A stretch of DNA of 64,000 bases from Ruditapes philippinarum (lineage: Eukaryota): assembly GCF_026571515.1 (NCBI RefSeq), contig NW_026854319.1:62001-126000 (forward strand). The letters are read 5' to 3'. The translations under genes were made by a program, and so were the position numbers. Of the stretch, positions 13,420 to 24,984 are shown in pieces; the stretch's first letter is position 1; each line of letters begins with the position of its first letter. Below the pieces are notes generated by a model. That model had not been told where the DNA came from and made no database searches. It saw only the letters and a program-made list of their open reading frames with translations.

Positions 13420-16400
13420 TATGGAAGCATAAACCTGCCCTTTTAACTTGTGTCTTATGACTTGCGACTTATGACTTGTGACTTTTGACTTCTGATTTGT
13501 GACTTACCTGTTTGACATAAATCGGCGCGTTTTCGAATGAAATATGGCAGACGAAAACGCTTTATATTCTAGAACAATTTTCCCATTTAATTGAGTCGTT
13601 TTATAACACAGTCTCTTTATCATCTGGATTAGCTGCAATTTAAAGGCTGCTGAGCATCTCGTATTGTCGACAGTTGTCCTGACTTATTCAAAATGTAAGT
13701 GTTATACAAACCTCTCTCACGTGTAGATTCTCTTAAAATTTATTGTTTTAATGACGGTTGTGGAAGCTGTTCATATCCTGTAAATTATAGTATCTGATAA
13801 ATTCGAGGGTTGATGGATTTTTTAATTTTAAAATATATATTCACATTAATCTATTTGCTAGCTAGCGCATAGTGTCGCTCAGGGTAGCAGGCTGACTGAG
13901 TGGTTCACACAATTGACTTATGATAGGAGGATTTGCTGGCAGTCTAGGTTTTAATCCTGCTAGGTTTGTGCTAGCTGGTGCTTCACTGGGCAAAAAAACT
14001 AAACAACCATTGCTGAAGTTCCTATAAGAGATTCTAGAGAGTGTCTGTAAGCTCCAACCTTTCTGCACTATCATACTAAAATAAATTATGTTATGTATTA
14101 TCCAAAGCAAACCCTTGACATGCGAGTTAAAGATTGAAAAAAAAAACAAAAAAAACACGAACAATTCATGCTAGATTTTTCTTTATACTATGCTAGAACA
14201 TATAATACCAGATATATTGTTGTTATTTGCACTTATCATCCTAACTGTTAACACTATTTTTCATATACTTTACAGATACTGACAGATACTGATATAGATG
14301 AACAGAAATAAAATGAAGATTGGGCTCATAATATCAATGATTTTGGCACTTTTTTATGTGGTGATGTGTGTTGTACCAACCTATTTGCCAAAGCAAACTT
14401 TGAAACAGATGTCCGAACTTATTATTGAATATTACAAACTTGGTTTTTCGAATACACCGAGATTCTAGGATTTTTATTAAATAGACATAAAATTTTGTTG
14501 TCAATGCGGCAATTATATAGATTCCTAAAGAAGTTTAACATAAAACGTCGGGGATTACAACCCCACAGTTATTAATACCATTCACAAAGAGCTGAATACT
14601 TGTGGACAAACTATGGGTTATAGGTTTTTGTGGCAACGGCTTCAAATTAATCATAATGTAAAGACAACTCATCAGGAAGTTATGGAGGTAATGAAGATTT
14701 TAGATCCTGAGGGCACTCATCTGATCTGAGAAGAACCTATCGTCTCAAAAGGCGTGTTTATTGTGCGAAAGGTCCCAACTATATTTGGCATTTAGATGGT
14801 TATTGCAAGTTAAAACCCTTTGGATTTTGTATCCATGGTATTATTGATAGATTAAGTAGAAGACTGATCTGGCTAGAGGTATCGGATACAAACAATAATC
14901 CATACCTCATTCCAAAGTATTTTTTTAAATTCCCTGAAGTCAATTGAAAAGACACTCGTATCATACGTTGTGATGCTAGAACAGAAAACTCTGATGTATA
15001 CCTTTTACAACAGGTCTTTCGGTACAATGCAATTGACGCTTTTGCAAAACACAGAAGTGTTATAATTGGTAAAAGTACTTCCAATCAGCGAGTTGAACGT
15101 TGGTTAGGCTCTTTACGACAAAAAGATTTACAGTGGTGGCTCATCTTTTTTAAAGACTTGCGTGATTCTTGACAATATGATAAACTCGACCCAGTCCACT
15201 CTGTTAATCTGAAGTTTTGCTTCATGGATCTAATTCAAACACACCTTGATCGAATTGCTCAAAACTGGAATACTCACGCTATTAGACCCCAAAAGAATAA
15301 CGAGCTCAATATGGAAAACCTGACGTAATGTTCTATTTACCCGAACTATTTGATAGTCTAGATTTCAGTACAAAAGTTGATATACAAGACGTAATTTGTT
15401 GTCAACGGATGTATTCAATTTCGAAGAACAGAAATAAAGACTTTAAAGAATTGGCTAAACTCTTGAAACCGGATTTACAAATGGCACATGACGCTGAAAC
15501 GGCATTGCAATTGTTTTTCGAGCTCAATAAATTGGTATGGTTAACATACAACCTGCTACTAAAACGTCAATGCAACACGACTAAACAGCTGTAAATATAT
15601 AAATAGCTACTACAAATGTATGTAATTATGTCTCCACAACACTGTCAAACTGGGTTGAAATAGTTCGTCACCGCTTTGTTCTTTGGATGAAGGATTTTGA
15701 AATAATTTAGCACAAATGTTCACCATCATAAGATGTGTCCCAGTATAAGACACATTTCCGCACTGAAGGTCAAAGTCACACTTAGAGGTTAAACGTCTAC
15801 TTCTATATGAATGAGTGGGTTTTGAAATAACTTGGCACAAATGTCCACCATCACGAGACGAGGTGTCGCTATATACAGCCGCAACCCTGAGTTGAAGGTC
15901 AAGGTCACTTGGACAGATTATAACTAATCTGTTATATATTCTTTCTTATTTAAGCCAAAGCCTTGATGTTTTGACAAAATTTCATTTGGACAAAAGCAGC
16001 CTTCGTCTGAAATGTCAACATTTGGTGTTGACCCATACTTGACATTGACCTTTATTATTAAAGGTTAGAGATGTGTCTGCATACCGGGTACATCTTCTTA
16101 CGATGGTGAACGTTTGTGCCAAATTATTTCAAAATCCATCCATCTAATGTACATAGATGATACTACTGAACCTATTCCGGTAACTACCGCTATATCGCAC
16201 TCAGTGGTGCCGCAGATAACTGCACCGAGCGGTCTGCCATCCAGTGGAGAAACCGGTACTCCTACAAGGCTAGGAAGATAAACAGAGACAGCCTTTTTCT
16301 GTGGAACATTAATAGACTATCCTCATTGATAATCGACAGTGGTTTCTTTTCTTTTTTGATCAATTATGATATCATTCTTATGTTGATATATACAACTTTT

Positions 16401-18794
16401 GTTAATGTCCGCACCTCAAATTCAATAAAATGGCTAAACGTCATAGTAGTAGCGTACTTATATATACACTTGTACATGTATTCGCAATAAATATTTCAAT
16501 CATGACAATAATGAGCTTGGTGTTTTGGATTAATCACAAGAAACTCAAAACTGGAACAGTCAATGACATTTGTGTTTTGCATATAAAAATACGAGAATTG
16601 CAGATATGGCTTATTCCGAGGGATCACTTTGTTTCGAGATTTTTATTACCATGGCGCGCCCACGTATGCTGTTGTAAGATTGTTGATGTAATCTATTTAA
16701 AAATATATACATGTAATTGGAAATTCATCAATCAATGTGTCCGACCAAATTTGACAGACAAGTCCCAATCCAAACAACATATATCATTTCTAGTTTACCT
16801 TACAACATGACGATGACTTTAGGTCAACTGACAAGTTTAATTATAAGTGTATGTCAAGAACAAAGTTCGCCCGTGCCTGCTACTGTTTCATTAGCAAAAG
16901 TACAAAGTATCCGAGTCTCTTTAAATTGTTTTCAAACAGATAACATCAACAATATTCAAACTGCAGAGGATGATGCAACATGGTAAGTAATGCCTGCCAC
17001 ACATATTTTAAAGTAACAAAGTCAATGGTGAGTGTCACAGTACCGAACCAAAGTGTGTATATATATATATATTAGAAAGTTTGAATGCTTAAGATCAAAG
17101 CACTTAGATTATATGACCATTTAAAGTCTTTGCACTCATGTGGTCATGGTTACCACAATGTGACCTTTTGACCATTAACAGAATAATGGATGTGGTATGT
17201 AGAACTCATGAAGGTGCATTTACATATAAAGTTTGAAGGTCCAATGTCAATGGGTCAATGTCACACTTAGAGGTCAAAGGTCACATTGTGATGTAACGTT
17301 TCGTGTCTCGAATATAAGTCATTCGCTGATGATTGGATTTTCATATAACCTTGCAAAAATGTTCACTTCTATCACACAGATTCCTCGCTTCAAGGTCAAT
17401 GTCACACTTAGGGGTCAAAGGTCACATTTTTGTAAAACATTTTGTTTAATGAGTAAATGATGATGGGATGTTCAAATAGCCTAGCCAAATTTCCAATATA
17501 AATAGAAATTGTGCTGCACGCCCAGGTCCCTCTTTCTATGGCAAAGGTCTCAGAGGCTAATTCATGAATTGTCAAATTGTGGTGCATTTTTGTGTCATGT
17601 TGGCTCGGCATCATTGGCAGTAGTATGTCTCACATTGGCATGCAACTTCCTCAATGAGGTACATGCAAAGGTGTTTTTGGTTGTGACCGTGACCTTTTAC
17701 TACTCAAAGATTTCACTTTTATTTCTGAAACTGATTGTTTCATTTTCTTAAACTATAGAAGGAACACATAAACAAAGCAACATTGCCACATGACCTTTTT
17801 CTGGAAAACCAATAAAGATATTATAAAGATTTGTTTTGCACATTAAAGAATGATCTTTCTGTTGAAGACTACGTATTTTTTTCTTTCTTAAATCTTGCAG
17901 ATAACCATTCGATTTTTTGCCCAGTATATAAACCATACCCACTACTGATATGTATTGCTGATATGCATCGTGCATTGATTTTCGCAACATTATATGGTTG
18001 TAAAGCAGGAAGATAAATGACTAGCAAATACAATAAAACTTTTTATAACATCTCATCCTCTAATAGTTTTCCAGAAAAAAGTCGAGTAACAACACTTTTC
18101 GAACTACCCTCGTTTTATTGGACCTTACAACGACCCATACAACTACACCTCCCTTCTTTCCAAAATAAGGACATATACCATTGTCTCTCCTCTTTACTAA
18201 GATTTTGCTGATATTTACTCTATTTCACTATCAACATAAAATCCAAAAAGTTATTCAATTATTATTAAACTACATACGATAATCAAACAATGACAAACAA
18301 CAACGATAACAAATTGAATTACATAAGCTTATGTTACTACATGTAAAATAAATGTTGTTTTAAATAAGTTGTATGCAGTGTGTACGTTTGAAGAAAAAAC
18401 TACACACCCAAAGCTTAGTTACATGAATATCTATAACTTGGAATGCACATTGTGAAGAAATCTAGTAGTTTACATAAATCTGAATCTGTTTAGCAATAGT
18501 TAACTAAAGGTTACACTCTCATAGGTACTTTATAGGAAAGATGATCAGACGCACTGTCACAACATTTAAATTAAACAAACGCAATCTATAACAAATCGAG
18601 AAAAGTACTTAAAACGTAGATTATATTAAAATTAACTGATACAATTCAATGAACAAAAATATTCTATGTAAAAACTCGTGTCTGCCATATTTCATTCAAA
18701 AACGCGCCGAATTATCATGTTCAACAGACAAGTCAAAAGTCACAAGTCAAAAGTCATAAGACACAAGTAAAAAGGGCAGGTTTATGCTTCCATA
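13420..18794 (+). mobile_element. IS3EU-type DNA transposon, decayed
   Basis: ~130-bp imperfect TIRs TATGGAAGCATAAACCTGCCC...GGGCAGGTTTATGCTTCCATA, 6-bp TSD CTGTAA (13414-13419 and 18795-18800), internal DDE remnant. Confidence 0.88.
14409..15530 (+). pseudogene. IS3-like DDE transposase (integrase core), frameshifted with stops
   Basis: Manual translation gives RLKRRVYCAKGPNYIWHLDGYCKLKPFGFCIHG, RCDARTEN and STSNQRVERW. Confidence 0.85.
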
Positions 18795-19021
18795 CTGTAA
18801 GCAGTATATTATATTTTTTAAACGTAGATTATTAAGGGGTTGAAAATTACTTTCGCTAAATGTTCCAATAATTACACTATGTATTCAAAAGTCAATACAA
18901 AAGGTGAGATTGACGGCGACAGTTTTCACTATATATCCATGAAAATGTAACATTGGAGTCGCGTGGTGGGTAATTATTAGTGTTCGTTTTTATATCTACA
19001 GTAGATATTTTAGGTATATTC

Positions 19022-19119
19022 TACGGAATGCCGTTAGGGCCATCGCCTATGAATGTGTTGATCTGAAACGCGTTTCAGATCAACACATTAATAGACAATG
19101 GCCCTAACGGCATTCCGTA
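19022..19119. mobile_element. 98-bp palindromic MITE with IS3EU-type ends
   Basis: TACGG...CCGTA termini, loop-less palindrome with 3 mismatches, 6-bp TSD ATATTC. Confidence 0.85.
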
Positions 19120-20159
19120 ATATTCAAGTTCTAAGTGTACATCTAAACGATCCTGCCAACAAGCTGCTGGTCTTGTTAAAGCTTTACTTTACAAAATTTG
19201 GATTAAAATAAATGTAAACATAAATTTCGATGAGATGAGGCATTTGACAGAATCAGTGATATAAAATCCGTTTTCTGGTTTTTGCTATATTTCTTTATCT
19301 TTATAATTATGCCATCTATTAAGTCAATCTTTGAAAGCATAAACTTGATTTTACGGGAAAAAAATGTATGAAGAAATAAATACCGACTTGCAGTCAATTT
19401 GCACTGACGCCAACGCTACTTTGTACAGCTGTTGTCGTCATTTTCAACTGCTGTCATTTTCAACTGTTGTGTCGTATTCCGACTGTATTAAGAGTATTAT
19501 GGGTAGTATAAATTTTCATACCTATTAGACAGGACTGATTTTGAGAATTTGGCCCTCTATAAGATGCTAGAGGCATTTTGTAGTACAAGTGGTATCTTGG
19601 TGTATTCTACCTATTTAAGGTATGCTGAATCCCATAAAGGTGGATACCAAATTGAAAAACTTGTGATCTTGACCATTGCAATGGCCGTTTAAAATGACCA
19701 CTAAAATGGCCGCCAAATTTCTTTATCATAAATGGATGATAGATCAAATAAAACTTTTACGGAAAGGAACAGCCTGAAATTTGTCACAAAGCAAGTTTAG
19801 GTAAAAACAAATTAGACACCAAAACAGAATTAAAAAAAAAACAAAACAATCCAATATGGCCGAAAAATGCAAGATGGCATACATTTTTCTATAGGATAAG
19901 ATAAAAGTAATAGAAGTAAAATTAAAGATAGTATTGGAATTTTTAAGGCATTTAAACATATTTAGGGGTTTACGAAGCGAACACTACACTCTTTCCTGTC
20001 CTATCTGCTAGATTTTATCTGGCACTCTATGCAAGCATATAGAGTGGCTACTCAGATGCCTACTTATATTTGCACAGCGTAAATATGTGTGAGGGGGTTA
20101 AAACGTGTGCATGCAAAATATACATTAATTAAAGGCACCTTTTTCTGAGTACTCTTGGG

Positions 20160-21172
20160 TTTTGGTGTTCGTTTTTCTGTAATCGGTCATCGTCTTCCGG
20201 TCGTCGTCTTCGTTCTTTTGTTATCGGTTCTCGTCGCATTTCTCTGCTGTCAGATCTTCTGTTATTTGTCGTCACTTTCGTTCTTCTGTAATCGGTCCTC
20301 GTCTCAGTTCTTTTGTTGTTAGATGTTCTGTTATCGGTCGTCGTCTTCGTTCTTCTGTTATCGGTCCTCGTCTCAGTTCTTTTGTTGTTAGATGTTCTGT
20401 TATCGGTCGTCGTCTTCGTTCTTCTGTTATCGGTCCTCGTCTCAGTTTTTTTGTTGTTAGATGTTCTGTTATCGGTGCTCGTCTTCGTTCTTCTCCGTTC
20501 TTCTGTCATCCGATGTCGTCTCTATTCTTCTGTAATCAGGCCTGGTCTCCGTTTTCTTGTTGTCATCGGTTTCCGTCTCTGTTATTGATCCCCGTCTTCA
20601 TTCTTCTGTCATCTGTCTATGTTATTGTGTTATCAATCTGCGTCTCGTTGTCTTGTTGTCAGTTCTTCTGTTATCGGTTCTCGTCTTTGTTCTTCTCAGT
20701 TCTTCTGTCATCGGTTCTCGTCCCTTTTCTTCTTTAGTCAGTCCTGGTCTCCGTTTTTTCATGTTGTCATCAAGTTCTATGTTATTTTGTTATCGGTCCT
20801 CGTCCTATTTTTCTGTTATCAATCTTCGTCTCCGTTGTCTTGTTGTGAGTTTTTCTGTTATCGGTCTCTGTTCTGTTTTGTTATCGGTTCTCGTCTTCGT
20901 TCTTCTGTCATCCGTTCTCGTCTCTTTTCTTCTGTAATCAGTCCTGGTCTCCGTTTTCATGTTGTGAATTCTTCTGTCACCGGTTCCCGTCTCTGTTCTC
21001 GACCCCTGTCTCCATTTTTCTGTCATCTGTTCTCGTCTACGTTATTCTTTTTCGGTCCTCGTCTCTATTTTTCTGTTATCAACCCTCGTTGTCTTGTTGT
21101 CAGTTTTCTGTTATCCGTCCTTGTCTCTGTTTTTCTGTTATCGGTCGACGTCTCTGTTCGCTTGTTGTCAGT
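20160..21172. repeat. Pyrimidine-rich minisatellite (ctgttatcggtcctcgtctc core) in TIR element copy 1
   Basis: Repeated 27/36-bp modules and 63-bp higher-order units. Confidence 0.9.
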
Positions 21173-21887
21173 ACCATTTTTTACAAGTAATATTTGTATA
21201 GATAACTTTGCTGTTACTTTAAGATATCCTAGAAATTTATTGGAGGGTACCCGGAATGATGTGATAATCTTCTTGTAGAATTTTCTCCAAACCGTGACTG
21301 AATTCCAAAATTTTCGAGAGCTGCCACACGTAACAATCTCCCGGTTTCAGACATTTTATGACTCGATGAATATATGGTGTTGTTATTGTTGTTGTTGTTT
21401 TAACTTTAAATTTCAAATTAAATAGTCACTTATTTTTAAACTTAAATATGCCCAAATGTCACCAACAGCAGTTTTGCATGTGGAAGGAATGTATTTTTCA
21501 GACTGTAAAAATGAAACAAACAAAAAATTAAGAGACGATATTTTGTGATTGGTAATTTAGATGAATAGAAGTAAGTTTTCTTCTTTTTATTACTTTTGAC
21601 ATTTAAGTTATTTATCAATTTCAACTTTGCTTTTCTCGAAACAGCCTGACATTGTCAGAATTGTCAGCAAAAATAAAATTGAGGTACCACATGGGGAAAA
21701 TCTTAAGAAAGTAGTTTCGTCATTGAAAAGTGTGAAATTATATTTTGATAATTTTCACTGTGAAATTATCAAATATAATTTTCACGGATAAATCAGTAAT
21801 CCACTGAAAAGCATAAAATAAAAAAAACTATGAAACTAATGTTAGTTAAAGTCATATCTGCTAAAAATGTAAACGTCATCGTTACTT

Positions 21888-21965
21888 CCGCAGTAGCACA
21901 GCCGGTTAAGTGATTGACTGATGTGTGAGAGGTCTATGGTTCGATTCCTACTGTTGCCATTTTTT
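21888..21965 (+). pseudogene. tRNA-like unit with oligo-T terminator (second copy at 38673-38750)
   Basis: A box TAGCACAGCCGG, B box GGTTCGATTCC, then CCA-TTTTTT. Confidence 0.55.
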
Positions 21966-22616
21966 AAGACCTGTTGTTTTTTTGTTGTTTTTTTTTTGTG
22001 GGGGCGCAGTATATATTTTAAAACACTTTTTGTCTCGGTTTGTGTTGTGTTTATGGCATTGAAATGACACTTTTTGACATTTCAAAATAATTTTTAAATA
22101 CTCATTTTAAACCATAAATACCATAATAAGTGCAAAATATATGAAAACAAAATGAACAACTTAAAAAAAATCATAGCTACAAATAATGTTGAAAATTACG
22201 GAACACCTGAAGTGACATTTTCCACACTTTCTCCCGGAATTGAATTCGTTTTTACGAGATAATAATTCCCAATTAGAAATATTATTTCGTTTTAACGAAA
22301 TATAAAATCTTAATTACGAAATATTGATTCGTTATTTCGAAATATTATTTCGTTATTACAAAATATTAATTTGTTATTGCGAAATATTTAAAACAGTAAA
22401 TATAGTAAAACAGTACTGTACATGTATATACTGTTAATTGAGCCATTAGGCTTACATTCGCTATATTTGGTAGCCAATCTCATTAAAATCTGATCATATT
22501 GAATAATCATTTGATTTTGACAATAATAATTAATTGCATCATATTGTATCATAGTTTCAATGACCTATTTTAGTATTTTTAAGCGACCATTTTGAATTGA
22601 CCTTTTGGAGGTCAAG

Positions 22617-23313
22617 TGTTATAAATTCTTCTCTCTCGTAATTTATAATTTCTACTACTTCCATAATTCCACGTAAAATATACACAATAACTGTTCTTAA
22701 TTTCATTTCACTGTTTATTTGTTTGAAAGTGTCCTAAATTTCTACTCTACAATTAATAATTAAAGTTACAGAGTTTTTCTTCCTCACACATGGTTGATAA
22801 GTCACTGAGAATTAACTCTCAAAAATCCCTATCCCGACTCTAGCTCTTACAATCTCACTCTTGCATTTTGAATATTGTTCTTCAATCTTCAATCTAGAAA
22901 CTTGAATGTTAACTGCCCCCAGAAAATCTTGTCCCAGTATTTATATGAAATACCTAGTCTCTCCATATTTGGAGGTTACCTTAGTGTTAATTGACAAATT
23001 TAAGCCTTCTATATTTATGACGACAAGTGTTGATCAAGTAACTGTACCAGAAACAAACAGACTGATCCCTGGAATATTTATGATGGTAACCAATGATTGA
23101 GTTCCCTAAACACAACAATTGCAGACCTCTTGTCCATTATTTATGCAGGTACCCGTTGACAGAGATACCAAACTAAAATCTCCCAGACTGATACACAGTC
23201 TAGCCCCAACAGATTTATAGCAATAAATAATGACAACAAATGAGGTCTCAATTCTCATACAAACTCAATCATTAAATCAAACCTAAACCAGGTGCCTTGC
23301 TAAAACTACAACA
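22617..23313 (-). repeat. 3' LTR (697 bp)
   Basis: TGTT...AACA ends, adjacent PPT, AATAAA at 22719-22714. The last 102 bp match 30356-30457. Confidence 0.92.
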
Positions 23314-23326
23314 CTCCCCCAACCTT
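23314..23326 (-). other. Polypurine tract
   Basis: AAGGTTGGGGGAG immediately before the 3' LTR TGTTG on the minus strand. Confidence 0.8.
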
Positions 23327-23982
23327 AAAAAGCTTAATTGTCCCAATTAAGTTAACAACACCAAACAAAAATATAGAAATGAAACAAAAATCAGTGACTA
23401 TTCAACCAATCTTACTCCCAAAATGAATAGAAGTTTAACAAGAAAACATTCTCAATTAACATATAAACACTGCATTAACTAAAATAAGCATTATTCAAAT
23501 ACGAAATTCTAAGAAAATACTAAATCTACAGAAATGTTACTTCTGTTAACGACAAAAATTTTTCTGACTACAATTATACATTGAATACTCAAAACAAACT
23601 AATTAAAGTTCTCAAACAGTTATTCAACTTTTAACACCGTGTTTTAATATCAAAATGAAACTTATTTTGTCACTCAATTATATAATATAATTGTTCTGTT
23701 GTCCTTTTTTTTTACTATTTCACAATAATATATCCTAATTCAATCTTTCACACATTGTCTATTTCTTGCACACAAAGTCCTGGTGCCTATTTATTTCTTA
23801 ATAAATTTTAACAAATGTGTAAGAATTCTTTAAAGGCACAAACTGAATATAAGATTTGTTTGGTAGTCGTCTCTACCATAAAGTCCTAAGTGCCAAAATA
23901 TTAAACTTAATATTTATATATATCATAATTAAAATTAAAAAAATGGCACTGATTGTTAAACTGAAAATAAAACACTTTAAAA

Positions 23983-24180
23983 TCCAATTTGAATCAGAAT
24001 CACACAATAATATTCCAATCGAAAATAACACCAATTAATATTCCAAATTGAAAAGAATCACAAGTTAATATTCCAATTCAGAATGAACAACAATTAATAT
24101 TCCAATTTGAAATGAATCACAAGGTAATATTCCATTTTGAACAAATCACTTATTAATTCCAATTACGATTTATATCCAAT
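23983..24180. repeat. ~29-bp degenerate tandem array (core TAATATTCCAA), about 6-7 units
   Basis: Cores at 24008, 24036, 24066, 24095, 24125 and 24154. Confidence 0.85.
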
Positions 24181-24249
24181 ATATATATTTTTGCAAGAAG
24201 TAATCATGAAAAATTCATCTTTTCCCCCCTCTTTTCACTTTCATTTTCT

Positions 24250-24729
24250 TCATTTTTGAAATTCTAGAATTTTGTTTCTTAAACTGTCTAATTCTTCAAG
24301 GAGTTCAGTTGGAATTTGTTTCTTCTGGTTATTAATTTTTGCCGAAAGAGAGTCCAGTTTTTCTTCAATGTTAGATAATCTTTGGTTTATTTTATCGAAT
24401 GCTGTAGATAATTCATTGTTAGAATCTGATCTTAGAATTGTATAAGGTGTTGTACTTGGCAGTCTAGATGCTGGCTCAAGTGGTCTCATTGTTATAGACG
24501 ATGCACTTCCATAGTAAGGCACATGTGATGTATATATGCCAGGAAATGTAGCTGCTGATGGTGGTGGAGATATTGTTTCATGTCGTCGTTTTGTAGTTTG
24601 TTTTTCCATGTCTACTCCTGCGATTCTTTCAAAATAATTGTCGTTCATAGTGAAAATACAATACTTTTCGTGTTTCAAAAGTCCTGACTTATTCGAATAT
24701 AACTTTTTACAGCTTTTACACTCTTGCAT
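24250..24729 (-). CDS. Accessory ORF3 of the gypsy element: C2HC zinc finger + basic patch + P/S/T-rich region + coiled coil, 159 aa
   Basis: CKSC-x12-H-x3-C at the N-terminus, heptad pattern INQRLSNIEEKLDSL, intact ATG ORF between pol and the PPT. Confidence 0.8.
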   Translation of the reverse strand: MQECKSCKKLYSNKSGLLKHEKYCIFTMNDNYFERIAGVDMEKQTTKRRHETISPPPSAATFPGIYTSHVPYYGSASSITMRPLEPASRLPSTTPYTILRSDSNNELSTAFDKINQRLSNIEEKLDSLSAKINNQKKQIPTELLEELDSLRNKILEFQK

Positions 24730-24883
24730 TTATTTTTCTCATAAACCTCCAATAATATAAATTAATTTTAACAAGAGTTAAAAAATCCAATAAAATATGA
24801 TAATCAATTGTTTTCAGATATTCCAAATTATTATAATTATTTTATCAATTCTGTACACAGTTCTGAACGCTTGAAAACTTGGA

Positions 24884-24916
24884 AATGACTGCAAAATCTC
24901 AGAGTACCCTTATATA
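24884..24916 (-). promoter_or_regulatory. Candidate internal core promoter for ORF3
   Basis: TATATAAG at 24916-24909 and Inr-like CAGTCATT with its A at 24886, 30 nt downstream. Confidence 0.55.
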
Positions 24917-24984
24917 TCCAACATGTTCTCCTTTGAAATTAAAACTTAATGAAAGATATTTTACATGATGATTCTTTATGATCT

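Noticed and set aside
16150-18600. Second IS3EU gene (YqaJ-type nuclease reported in that superfamily)
   Set aside because: No recognisable motif; the region is decayed and contains aggtca-rich repeat fragments.
20129-21278. Long Leu/Ser/Val-rich or Arg/Thr-rich ORFs
   Set aside because: Open in several frames because the minisatellite is stop-poor; no domain or splice support.
23983-24180. CRISPR-like repeat-spacer array
   Set aside because: Linkers are short and similar to each other, there are no cas genes, and the context is eukaryotic.
24250-24729. env gene
   Set aside because: Too short, with no signal peptide, furin site/fusion peptide or TM helix.
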